Shown here piece after piece: positions 1 through 12,725 of a DNA stretch of 64,000 nucleotides. The DNA comes from an uncultured delta proteobacterium (GTDB taxonomy: Bacteria > Desulfobacterota > Syntrophorhabdia > Syntrophorhabdales > Syntrophorhabdaceae). A program made the translations under genes and the position numbers. A model generated the notes under the pieces. That model was given only the letters and a program-made list of their open reading frames with translations. It had not been told where the DNA came from and ran no database searches. Where the stretch lies: assembly GCA_963823725.1 (NCBI GenBank), contig CAWGMJ010000003.1:45649-109648 (forward strand), read 5' to 3'. How positions within the stretch are numbered: the first letter of the stretch is position 1; every line of letters begins with the position of its first letter.

Positions 1-66
1 GGACCCTGTCGACCAAAAGGAACGGATACTTATGAGGAAGCAGATTCAGGATCTCATTTATATCAA

Positions 67-1099
67 TCATCGGTATCCTCCGCAGAGAAGTTTTTTCTCG
101 ATCTCTTTCATTCTTTCGAAAAGGTCAGGAAGTCTTTTCATATAGATCTGGAGCTTCATCCATTCCTTGTGGGGCATGTGGGGCGTGCCCCAGATGATAG
201 AGCCGGCAGGTACATCCTTCGTAATTCCCGTCCCGCCTCCTGCCATCACGCCATCCCCGATAGTGACATGGTCCCGCACCCCTGCCTGTCCGGCAAGTAC
301 GACGTTATTTCCTATTCGCGAACTGCCGGCGATACCGACCTGGGACACGATGATCGAATTCTGCCCTATGGTCACATTATGGGCGATCTGGACCAGATTA
401 TCGATCTTGGTCCCTTTCCGATAATGGTTTTTTCGAGGGAAGCCCTGTCTATCGCCGTGTTTGCCCCTATCTCAACGTCATCCTCAATAATGACCGACCC
501 GAGCTGGGGGATCTTTGCATGTTTGGCGCCGTCCCACGTATAACCGAAGCCATCGGCAGCGATCACGGTATTGGCATGGATTATCACGTTCCGGCCGATC
601 GTGGTGTCGCGGTAGATGGTGACATGGGGATAGATGATGCTGCCCTCGCCGATCGTCACGTTCCGGCCGATATAAACGTAAGGATAGATCGTGACATTGT
701 CGTCGATCCGGGCATTATCTTCTATACACGCAAATGCCCCGATGGAAGCCCCCGGGGCAATGACTGCTGCTTCGCTTACCGAAGCTGTAGGGTGTATGCC
801 CGGGCCTGATTACCGGACTTTCCTGAAACATGGCCGGCTACCGAGATATAAGCGAGTTCAGGATTGTCTACGACGATAAGATTTTTAACCGCCCTTACGT
901 CGGCAAGAGAAGTTTTCCTGCCGACAATAAGGGCGGAAGCTTTGCATTCAGGGACAAATTTTGTATAGCTTCCGTGGGTCAGGAAGCTTATCTTTCCCTC
1001 GACCGCACTTTGAATGCCTGCGATCCCATCAATCGGGATATCTCCGTCACCAATCAGATCTCCCTTGACCGCGGCAGCGATATCCTTGAGCGTGATCAT
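67..1099 (-). CDS. lpxD: UDP-3-O-acylglucosamine N-acyltransferase LpxD, frame broken into 3 collinear pieces (67-375, 372-659, 776-1099)
   Basis: LpxD-type N-terminal domain ([11 protein letters not shown]...VVDNPELAY), then hexapeptide left-handed beta-helix repeats ([26 protein letters not shown]) and a C-terminal helix. Sits in the canonical bamA-skp-lpxD order. Confidence 0.85.
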
Positions 1100-1634
1100 T
1101 ATTTGATCGGTTTCTTCTTTGCTGCCTCGTTAAAAAGAGCAATCACCTTGTTTGTAATGTCTATCGAGGGCGTGGCGAACAGAATGCCTGCCTGGCTTTT
1201 CTCGAGGATCAGCGTGTATTTTTCCTTTTCGCCGAGGGTACGCACAACTTCCTCGACCTGCTTTCAGGACCTTCTGGGTAAATTCCATATCCTTCTGCTG
1301 GAGCTCGGTCTGATAATCATTATAAAGCCTCTGATAATCTTTGAGCTTTGCCTGATACTGTTTTTCCTTGTCGGCCCGTGCCTCAGGTGTCATGGTAGCG
1401 CCCTGTTTCTCGACCGCATCCTTCAATCTCTGAAGTTCTGCCTGTTTTCCGTCAAGACTGGCTTTGAGCCTTTCTGCTTCCTTCGTTAATGTCCGCGGAT
1501 CTGTTTACCGGGTTCTGACTCGAGCATTACTTTTTGCAGGTCTATAAATGCGACGCTGGCCGCTGATTGACTTTTCGCTGCAAGTGGTGTGAGCAGAATC
1601 GCTACGACAAAAAGGACCGTAAAAAAATGTTTCA
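1099..1634 (-). CDS. skp: Periplasmic chaperone Skp/OmpH, at least 2 frame breaks
   Basis: Signal peptide MKHFFTVLFVVAILLTPLAA. Coiled-coil Skp-like body (KEKQYQAKLKDYQRLYNDYQTELQQKDMEF). C-terminus recoverable as ...VIALFNEAAKKKPIK. Stop overlaps the lpxD ATG (TAATG). Confidence 0.75.
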
Positions 1635-1647
1635 TAAAGCCTCCTTA

Positions 1648-3902
1648 CTAATATTGGGTGCCGATTGCAAAATCGAAAAGACTCGTTCTCTCGTCTTCTT
1701 TGGGATTGAGGTTGAATCCGAATTCCAGGCGAATTGGGCCAAGCGGTGAGAACCAGCGTATGCCTGCTCCGGCTGAAGTCCTCATTCTCAGGCTGCTCCA
1801 GCTGTCAAAGCCGGCACCTGTATCAAAGAAGAGAACCCCTTTGACACCCGCTGGTTTATATATGGGGAAGATCCATTCGAAATTAAAGAACATCTGATTC
1901 TTGGCTCCGATGGGTTCGTCATTTTCATCCATCGGGCCGGCTTCACCATAGCGGAAGCCGCGAACAGAGTTGAGGCCGCCGACATAAAATTTCTCGGTAA
2001 TGGGGACCTCTTTGCCGTTGTATCCCCCGATGCTGCCCATGGTTCCCTTAACGAAGAACGAACTATCCATGAATTTGATGGGTATATACCTGCCGTAAAA
2101 GCCCGTAATGCTCACAAAGTCATTGTCGCCGCCAAGCGGGCCGCCGGCTGTTTCCAGGGTTATTCCCGTGTTGATCCCTTTGGTCGGGTTCATGATATCA
2201 TCGATAGTGTTCTTGTTAAGAGAAAATATCAAACTGCTCGTAAGGCTGGTGCCTTCCTGTTCCTTGATATATGTGCTGGCATCAGCGGCTATATTGGTTA
2301 CGTCCACATTTTCAAGGCGATACTTGACGGTGCCTTTGACGTTATCGGTCAATGGTTTGATAAGGGCGATATTGCCGCCCACTCTCTTGTAATCGTACGT
2401 ATCCAGGTAACGCTTGAAATTGAAAATACTGGTTCCCAGCGAAAGGTTTTTGTCAAATATGTACGGTTCGAGGTATGTCAGCCTGAACTCGTTGGTATAA
2501 CTGCTCAGTGCCGGCCTCAAGAGAGACCCTTCTGCCTGTGCCGAAGAAATTATCTTCCGATACGGACCCTGACACGATCACCTGTTCAGCCGTGCTGTAG
2601 CCGGCTCCGACACTGAAGGTCCCGGTAGGTTTTTCCTCGATAGCGAGATCGATATTTACTTTTTTCGGATCATCCGTTTTGAGGACCTTGAAATCGGTAT
2701 CTTTAAAGAATGTCGTATTTTTAAGTTTCTTCTTACTTTCTTTAATATTGGTTATGGAGAACCGGTCACCTTCCGCAAATTTCAGTTCACGCCTGACGAC
2801 CTTGTCGCGGGTCCTCGTATTTCCCACAATATTTATCCTGTTAAAGTATACTTCCTGATTTTTGGTGATATTGAACGTGGCATTGACAATATGGTTGTAT
2901 CGTCGATCATCGTTAGTGGGAGAAACCTCGGCAAAGGCATATCCCATATCCTGATAAATATCGGTCAGGGCCAGAACATCTTCATAAAATACCGTGGTCC
3001 TGAACATCTGGCCCGGTTTTGTTTTTATCCTCTTAAGAAGCTCTTCCTGAGGAATAATGATATCACCGGCAAATTCGATGGTGCCGACCTTATGGATGAC
3101 GCCTTCTTCGATCGCCGTGGTGATCGAGATGCTTTTGCCATCTTTTGACATCGTGACTTCGGGAACCCCTACCTGGACCTTGGTGTACCCGTTATCGTGA
3201 TAAAAGGCCTCAATGTTCCTGCGGTCCTGGCCCAGTATATCTTCATCAAGTATACCGGAACCGGTGAACCATGAAAGAATACCTTTTTCCTTGGTCTGCA
3301 TGTAGCCCTTTAACTTGCTGTCCTTAAAATGCTTATTGCCTGTAAAAGCGATCTTCCTTACATAGGACTGCTGAGGTTCGTCAATGACGAAGGTGACGGT
3401 AGCGTCATATTTTTCGCCGTAGTCGATATTGCATATGTGACCCTGGCAGCATAATATCCTTTGCTGGAATACAACTTCCTGATCTCATCCATGCTTTCTT
3501 TGACTTTTTCAATATTGAGAACGGTTCCGGTCTTGATCTTTACCTTGTCGATAAGATCATCTGTTTTTATCTTTTTGTTCCCGGACACCAGGATGGATTT
3601 TACGGGAGGCCTTTCGATAACGACAAATGTGACGGCTTTCCCTTTTTCGGTATCCCTGATATCGATCTGGACATCGCTGAAAAAGCCCGTCTTGTAAATA
3701 TTTTTCATATCCTCGCGTATCTTGTCGAGGTTATACGCGTCGCCTTCCTTTGATCTTGATATTGTTTGTGATAACGGCAGTATCAACCCGTTCGTTTCCC
3801 GTAACTTCAACCTTTGCGACCCGTTCGGATTCCTGGGCGGGAACAATGACAGGAAGGCACAGAATCAGCAGGAAGAAGATGAGGACCTTTCAATTTTTTC
3901 AT
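1648..3902 (-). CDS. bamA: Outer membrane protein assembly factor BamA, at least 4 frame breaks
   Basis: Signal peptide recoverable from the ATG at 3902 (MKKLK / VLIFFLLILCLPVIVPAQE). POTRA-type repeats in pieces 3358-3846 and 2453-3301. C-terminal Omp85 barrel piece 1648-2520 ends ...FDFAIGTQY. Confidence 0.85.
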
Positions 3903-4516
3903 ATGATTGCAAAATTACCAAAAAAACATCTGTTTTGTAAAGGTAAAAAAACAATAATTGCGATTGGCTGGAATTAGCCATATGAGATATGGTAATTTCA
4001 GCGAAATTATGTTCCTTTTCCCTGTATGGATCTTTTTAGCCGGAGCGGCTCTCGTCTGTCTGGCAGGGTCGCTTCAAGGCGGGAAGAACCGTTTTTTCGG
4101 CTATATCTTTGCTCGCTGCAATAAGCGCCGATCACTGACCCTGGTCCCATTTTTTATTTTTCAGCCAGCCCCGGATCGTGGGTTATTTCGGAGACTTCCT
4201 GTTGTTCAGGATAGAACCTTTCGCCTGCAGCGGCCGCTCTTTGCCTATCCGTGTCGGCTGCAGGATCTTTCGCCTGGTTAACCGCACACTATCGCGAGCC
4301 CGCGAATAGTCCGGGTCTTCACTTTATTGCTTCTCGCTATGAGCTTTGCCACGGCAAGCATATTTGCCGCAAATTTACCCTCGATGGTGTTCTTCACTTC
4401 ATTGACATTTCTGGCATTGTTCTTTTTGCGGAAAAAGTCAGGGCTCGGGAATTAAAGAGCATGTACTCAGGTGGAGGGTTGAAAGGCCGTGCCGTATACG
4501 TAAGCGTAGCGTGCTG

Positions 4517-5184
4517 TTACCGCGATCGCGTTACGCCCTTTTTTTCGCAAAAGCCTTCAAGGGGGCATTCGCTGCATTTCGGGGACAGCGGTGTGCAGAT
4601 CCTTTTACCGAACGTGACAAGGAGCGCATTATATATTATCCAGTATTGCTGGGGCAGTATTTTCCGCAGCGTCGTCTTCGGTCTGGTTCGGGTTTCTGGT
4701 CGATACGATCCCGAGCCGGTTTGATATCCTGTGGACATGGGTATCGACACAGATGCCCGGTTTCCCGTATCCTTCGGTGACAACGAGGTTCGCAGTCTTG
4801 CGTCCTATTCCGCGGATAGTCAGCAATTCCTCGATAGTATCGGGAACCGCTCCGCCATAGGTGTTGATTATCACCGAGGCGACTTCTTTGAGTATTTTCG
4901 CCTTGTTCCTGTAAAACCCAACCGGGTAGATAAGCTTTTCCAGTTCTTGAGCGGGTATATCGACGAGGTCCTGCGGGCTTTTTAATGATCGGTATGAGAA
5001 CCCCCATGACTTTTTCGGTCGTTTCATCTTTGTCCTCAAGACTAAGCAGGGTGCCGACAAGGATAATAAACGGGTCCTTTTTTGTATCGCGGGAAAGGCG
5101 CGTAATGACAGGAGCCGCTTCCTCGGGAAACAGCTCGGTCAGTGTCTTCATCATTGTGTCGAAAGGAAATTTATGTCTCATCAT
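4517..5184 (-). CDS. nth: Endonuclease III (DNA glycosylase/AP lyase), 2 frame breaks
   Basis: HhH-GPD region (ELLTIRGIGRKTANLVV...GICVDTHVHRISNRLG) and a C-terminal 4Fe-4S cluster loop (CTPLSPKCSECPLEGFC). Pieces lie in three frames. Confidence 0.85.
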
Positions 5185-5741
5185 GTCGTAAAGCGTAAAA
5201 CGTAAAACGTGAAACGTAAATAGTAAATGCGGATTGCGTGTGAAGTAGTTACGTTTTCCCATCGCCTATCACCCATCTTACCCATTACTATCTCATCACC
5301 CATCACCTCCCTTATCCATAACTGCATTTCATCCGCATGCGATCCTTCCCAGTATACTTTGCGGCATGACGGACAGGTCTTGAACGTCATTATGATGATG
5401 ATAGATATACTCGGGAACAAAGGGTTCTATATCTTCTTTTTCTGACCGCGACCAGGAGAACGTTGCATTCTATGCACCGGGTCATAACCGCGGCTGGATC
5501 TATATATGGTTCTATGTATTCCTTTATTTCCAGGACCTGTTCCCGGGGGTCGTTGCTGTGGACCATAGATGGTGCCGGGACGGCCTGCTTTCGCAGCTGC
5601 TCTTTGTAAAAGAAGAAATGTGTGCCTTCCTTCGGAGGCGGACCGCGGGCTTTCTCCCTGCCGTATGTAAGGGGCGTCAAGCCCCAGCATCCTGAGATAC
5701 CGGGCGAGTTTGCCGAGCATTACGTCGCATATGAAGATCAT
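5181..5741 (-). CDS. Mut7-C (DUF82) PIN-like RNase domain protein, 2 frame breaks, 3' end uncertain
   Basis: N-terminus MIFICDVMLGKLARYLRMLGLDA is typical of Mut7-C. C-terminal zinc ribbon (CIECN...CPSCRKVYWEGSH). ATG overlaps the mtaD stop (ATGA). The last frame runs through repeat 5186-5307. Confidence 0.7.
5186..5307. repeat. Heptamer arrays of two different types back to back (GTAAAAC type, then CCCATCA = GGTGATG type on the other strand)
   Basis: GTAAAGC GTAAAAC GTAAAAC GTGAAAC GTAAATA GTAAATG (5189-5229). Short partner TAGTTACGTTTT (5246-5257). Then CCCATCGCCTATCACCCATCTTACCCATTACTATCTCATCACCCATCACC (5258-5307). Confidence 0.8.
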
Positions 5742-6997
5742 CTTTTTACGAGATTGTGCGCCGCTTCGGAGGCCTTTGCCATGATCTCCTCTTCGCCGGG
5801 GACGATGCGGTTTTCCATCAACAACCTCACCCCTGCAGATGACGGTATCCACGGCGGAGCCGTTCGTTGCGTACACCATATCGGAGTATATCTCAAAATT
5901 AGGGACGAATTCGGGCCTCATTCAGGTCAATAAGGATGATATCGGGGCTCAAGCCTTCCTCAATTGACCATTTGCCAAGCCGGAAGATATCGGCTGCTGT
6001 CTGCGTTGCCATATCGAATGTCTGGCGGGCCGGCAGCATCGTGGGGTCTGACGAGCAGAATTTGGCGAGAAGCGATGCAAATTTCATTGTCTCCAGAATG
6101 TCGAGATGATTGTTCGATGCGCAGCCGTCCGTTCCGAAGCAATAGGGTATCCGGGCCTCCTGCATAAGGCCGTGCGGGAATATCTTTTCGACGGCAAGCT
6201 TAAGGTTGGATACAGGCACATGCACAAGCTTTGCGCCGCGTCTCCCAGGATCTCTATATCATTTTTATCGAGCATGCACCCGTGGCACCCAATGTAGCGC
6301 TCGGACAGGATATCGAGCGAATCAAGAAATGCCGTTGGTGACAAGGCCGTACGTCTTCTGGGAAAAAACCGATTCATTCTCTGTTTCGGCAAGGTGCATG
6401 TGGATAAGGATGTCGTTTTCCGCTGAAAAATCCCGCATCCATTCCAGGCTCTCCCGGGAAACCGTGTATATTGCGTGGGGACCGAATGTAAAGGTCGACA
6501 TACGGCGCATAATCTTTCGACAGGGCATACAGGTCGCGATTGAGGGCGATCTGGTCCCGGCCTTTGCCGTTATCAAACATATCGATAAAGACCGCGCTGA
6601 TAAACCCGCGTATCTTCATATCCTTAACAGCCCGCGCAGTAGCTTCCCAATGCCAGTACATATCATTGAATACAGTAATTCCATTCTTGATCATTTCAAG
6701 GCATGCAAGGCGCGCACCCCAATAAACATCATCGGGGGTAAGTTTTTCTTCGAGCACCCAGATCTTTTCCTCCAGCCATGCCTTAAGCGGCATATCATCG
6801 GCAAAACCCCGGAAAAGGGTCATTGCCGCATGGGTATGCCCGTTTATGAGCGAGGGAAGGGCGGCCTTGCTGCGGCCGTCTATGACCTTATCCGCGCTGC
6901 GGCTGCATGCAGGAGAAATTTCAAGGATAGTGCCGTTCTCGATAAATATATCGGTGGCCGCCCCATCGAGCAGGACGTTTTTGATCAGGATGTTCAC
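5738..6997 (-). CDS. mtaD: 5-methylthioadenosine/S-adenosylhomocysteine deaminase-type amidohydrolase, at least 3 frame breaks
   Basis: Amidohydrolase metal motif LINGHTHAAMTLFRG; HMHLAETENE; C-terminus recoverable as ...EIMAKASEAAHNLVKR. Collinear pieces 6374-6997, 6322-6576, 6084-6392, 5899-6225. Confidence 0.8.
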
Positions 6998-7697
6998 GTC
7001 GTATTCCTATCTATGAATGTATTGAGTATATTTTCGATCGTCCGCGCGTTATTCGCGACATTCTGAAAAATTTCGTCCATTGTGAGGGGCGTCTTGTGTA
7101 TCCCATGACAATAATTGTCGACCGAGCATATACTGGCATACGGCAATTCCAATTCCATGGCGAGGGTTGCCTCGGAAGCAAGGGTCATGCCGACAATATC
7201 CCCAAATCGTTTCAGCATTTTTATTTCTGCCCGCGTTTCCAGTCGGGGCCCGATAGTTTGCACATATGTCCCGCCCATCCGGACCGATCTCGTGTGCATG
7301 GCGCATATTTCGAAAAATCTCCCGGGCAAACGCCTCATCCATTGCCGGTATCATAAAACGGGCTGCATCATCGAAAAATGTCTCAACATGCCAGGGACAG
7401 ATAAAATCATCAGGTATGATAAGGGTTCCCGGTTTTATTGTGCTCTTAAGACTGCCCACGGAATTAATTGCCAGGATCTTCTCGACCCCCAGATCTTTGA
7501 GCGCGGCGATGTTCGCCCGATGACCGATCCTGTGCGGCGGCAGGCAGGGGTCGCCATGGCGCTGCAAAAATACCGCGTTGCCGGACGTTTTGACCGCAAC
7601 GGTACCGAATTGCGTGGTGACAGCACATGTCGCACCATTCAGTAAAAACAGCCGTATCAAGAAGTGATGTACCGCCGATAATTGCAAACATTGTCAA
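6994..7697 (-). CDS. mtnP: S-methyl-5'-thioadenosine phosphorylase / purine nucleoside phosphorylase family, at least 2 frame breaks
   Basis: MFAIIGGTSLL N-terminus; FLQRHGDPCLPPHRIGHRANIAALKDLGVEKILAINSVGSL; IGPRLETRAEIKMLKRFGDIVGMTLASEATLAMEL. Stop overlaps the mtaD ATG (ATGA). Confidence 0.8.
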
Positions 7698-7750
7698 GAT
7701 ATTTTTGTACAGGGAAAGGGGGGATGAGTCAATAGAAAAGAACGAAGGAC

Positions 7751-9929
<2,179 letters not shown>

Positions 9930-10154
9930 TTATCCATCCGGTTAATTATACCCCGCCAAAAACCCGCCTTCCTAAGGATGCGGGATGCCTCTATTTTAGC
10001 ACATCCGGCAGCGATCTATCAGCGATTTTTCAGTATATCCTGCCATGTGAGGCGATATTCAAAATAGTTTCCCGAAACAATATATAAAGGGTTTACAGCG
10101 TCTTGCCGATAAATTCTATAACATATGAATCCACTAAAAAAAGAGAGTTTATAA

Positions 10155-12182
10155 ATGAATCAGGAGAGAATTAAGATAAACTTGATATCTTTACTCTATC
10201 TCTGCGTTGTTCTTATTCTGTTAACCCTGCCATCAGTGTCCCGTGCAGAAGAACCTGAGACAAGGACGCCGTCCGATCTTGCTCAATTGCCCATTGAAGA
10301 ATTAATGGGAGTCGATGTTTCGACAGTGCTCGGCGCCTCGCGATACGAACAGCGCATCTCGGACGCGCCGGCACCCATAAATATTGTCACGTCGGAAGAT
10401 ATCAAATGGTACGGTTACCGTACCATGGCGGATATTTTAAACAGTTTACCCGGCCTGTACGTGACCTATGACAGGAACTACAATTATCTTGGATCGGGTG
10501 GGTTTTTACGGCAGGGCGATTACAACACGAGGATGCTGCTGCTCGTCGATGGGCACAGGATCAACAATAACATCTACGATACCGCAACGATCGGCCGGGA
10601 ATTTATCCTCGACGTCGACCTGATAGACCGGGTCGAGGTAATTCACGGGCCGGGGTCATCGCTCTATGGGAGCAATGCATTCTTTGGGGTTATCAATGTC
10701 ATAACAAAGACAGTTTCCCACATAAAAGGAGTGGAAATATCCGCTGAGATAGCCAGCTTCGACACGGACAAGGAAAGGGCAAGCTTCGGGCGCAAATTCG
10801 GAAATGGGCTGGAGATGTTGTTTTCGGCAACCCGGTACCGCAGCATGGGACAGGATTTTCAATATAAGGAATATACCGGTCCGGAAACGAACTTCGGCCG
10901 GTCGGACAATAATGATCTCGAGAAATATTCTTCATTTTTCACCAATATCAAATACGCGGGGTTAAACGTACAGGGTGCATACGGAAGCCGGACCAAAACC
11001 ATCCCGACCGGCGCCTGGAACACCGTATTCAATGATGATCGAACAAACACAGCCGATGAGCAGGGGTATATAGATCTGAAGTATCAAAAAAAGTTCGAGA
11101 ACTCGAACGACCTCACTATGCGGCTTTTTTACGATTATTACCGGTATGACGGGAAATATGTCCTCGATTACCCGCCGGTTACAATGAACAAAGACATTGC
11201 GGTCGGCAAATGGTGGGGTGCAGAAGGCCACTATACGGCCCGGATAGCCGGCCGCCATACGGTAATAGGCGGTATCGAATACCGCGATAATTTTGTTCAG
11301 CAGCAAAAAAATTACGACGAAAATCCGTATGCGGGTTACCTTGACGACAACCGGTCATCGTACAGCGTCGGCGCATATGCCCAGGGCGAGTTTATCCTGA
11401 CCGATACGCTGCTCATCAATGCCGGCGGACGTTATGACCACTATAAAGACTTCCAGGGCAACTTAAGCCCCCGGATCGCACTCATCTATACCCCGTTTGA
11501 AAAGACCACCATCAAGCTCATATATGGGGAAGCATACCGCATACCGAACACATACGAACTTTATTACACCGACGGTAATATTTCCCAAAAGGCCAACCCC
11601 GGCCTTGATCCGGAGAAGATCCGGACATATCAGGTCGTTTTAGAAAAATATTTTAAAGGTTTTCGAACGGCTGTCACAGGTTTTTACTATGACGTGGAGA
11701 ACCTTATCAGCCTTGAAACGGATGTTGACGGCCTGATGGTCTTTAAAAATACTGCGCGCGCTGAAGGTAAGGGAATCCAATTCGAGATCGAGAAAAAATG
11801 GCCCGTTGGGATTGGAGGCCGGTTTTCATATTCATACCAGGAAGTAGGCAGCAATGAGGAAAATATCAGTTTCAAAAATTTCCCAAGGCATCTGGCCAAG
11901 TTGAATATATTCAGCCCGTTGATCAAGAACAAGCTCAGTGCAGGCTTCGAACTGCAGTATGTAAGCCCCCAGCAGAATCTCAATACGACCAGTGATGGGG
12001 GTTATACCCTTATAAATACTACATTCCTGAGCGACAGGATCATCGGCAACCTGGACCTGTCCTTCAGTATTTACAATCTTCTCGATAAGAAATACAGCAA
12101 CCCTGCATCCCGCGAACATATTCAGAGCGATATAGGGCAGGATGGCAGGGCATTCAGGTTTAAAGCGACATACCGGTTCTGA
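10155..12182 (+). CDS. TonB-dependent outer membrane receptor
   Basis: Signal peptide, plug domain (ISDAPAPINIVTSEDIKWYGYRTMADILNSLPGLYV), long beta-barrel, terminal ...FRFKATYRF. Confidence 0.9.
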   Translation: MNQERIKINLISLLYLCVVLILLTLPSVSRAEEPETRTPSDLAQLPIEELMGVDVSTVLGASRYEQRISDAPAPINIVTSEDIKWYGYRTMADILNSLPGLYVTYDRNYNYLGSGGFLRQGDYNTRMLLLVDGHRINNNIYDTATIGREFILDVDLIDRVEVIHGPGSSLYGSNAFFGVINVITKTVSHIKGVEISAEIASFDTDKERASFGRKFGNGLEMLFSATRYRSMGQDFQYKEYTGPETNFGRSDNNDLEKYSSFFTNIKYAGLNVQGAYGSRTKTIPTGAWNTVFNDDRTNTADEQGYIDLKYQKKFENSNDLTMRLFYDYYRYDGKYVLDYPPVTMNKDIAVGKWWGAEGHYTARIAGRHTVIGGIEYRDNFVQQQKNYDENPYAGYLDDNRSSYSVGAYAQGEFILTDTLLINAGGRYDHYKDFQGNLSPRIALIYTPFEKTTIKLIYGEAYRIPNTYELYYTDGNISQKANPGLDPEKIRTYQVVLEKYFKGFRTAVTGFYYDVENLISLETDVDGLMVFKNTARAEGKGIQFEIEKKWPVGIGGRFSYSYQEVGSNEENISFKNFPRHLAKLNIFSPLIKNKLSAGFELQYVSPQQNLNTTSDGGYTLINTTFLSDRIIGNLDLSFSIYNLLDKKYSNPASREHIQSDIGQDGRAFRFKATYRF

Positions 12183-12185
12183 TAG

Positions 12186-12725
12186 ATGAAAAATATTGCG
12201 ATCATCCTGATAATTGCGGGTTTCATCGGCACAGTGCAAATATCGTCAGGAAACGCCGGTCCGAGGGAATTTGACGAATACGAGGTAAAGGCAGCTTTTC
12301 TTGGAAATATCCTTAAATTTATCGATGGCCCGAATAAAGAACGGGAAACCGGCAATTACAGGATCTGTATTTACGGGTCCGACCCGTTCGGCCGGTATAC
12401 CGATATCATACAGGGAGTCAAGATCCGCGGAAAGGCCGTTCAGGTCAGGAACACGGGTTCGCTCAGGGCCTTGAGTGGATGCAGCATCCTCTTTGTTTCG
12501 TCATCAGAACGAAGGCGGATCAATTCCGTTCTGGAAGCGGTCCGCGACCTCGATGTTCTTACGGTTGGGGACACGGAAGGATACGCAAAACAGGGGATCA
12601 TGGTCAATTTCTATATAGAAGCAAGCAAGGTAAAATTTGAGATAAATCTTACGTCGATAAAAAGGTCCAGGATCAATGTTAGTTCTCAACTGTTAAAGTT
12701 GGGAAGGGTGGTTGACCATGATTAA
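12186..12725 (+). CDS. YfiR-family (DUF4154) periplasmic protein
   Basis: Signal peptide plus EYEVKAAFLGNILKFI...ILFVSSSE...LTVGDTEGYAKQGIMVNFYIE..KVKFEINL pattern. Starts 4 nt after the receptor stop. Confidence 0.8.
   Translation: MKNIAIILIIAGFIGTVQISSGNAGPREFDEYEVKAAFLGNILKFIDGPNKERETGNYRICIYGSDPFGRYTDIIQGVKIRGKAVQVRNTGSLRALSGCSILFVSSSERRRINSVLEAVRDLDVLTVGDTEGYAKQGIMVNFYIEASKVKFEINLTSIKRSRINVSSQLLKLGRVVDHD

Noticed and set aside
6206-7066. 286-aa plus-strand ORF, and similar long ORFs at 830-1489, 48536-49186, 51206-51760 and 8446-9045
   Set aside because: All are antisense to confidently identified genes (mtaD/mtnP, lpxD/skp, ftsH, the kinase, ligA). They are shadow frames.
10040-10154. 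Fur box or cobalamin riboswitch upstream of the TonB-dependent receptor
   Set aside because: There is only a loose AT-rich resemblance (GATAAATTCTATAAC) and no B12-box-like sequence. Evidence is insufficient.
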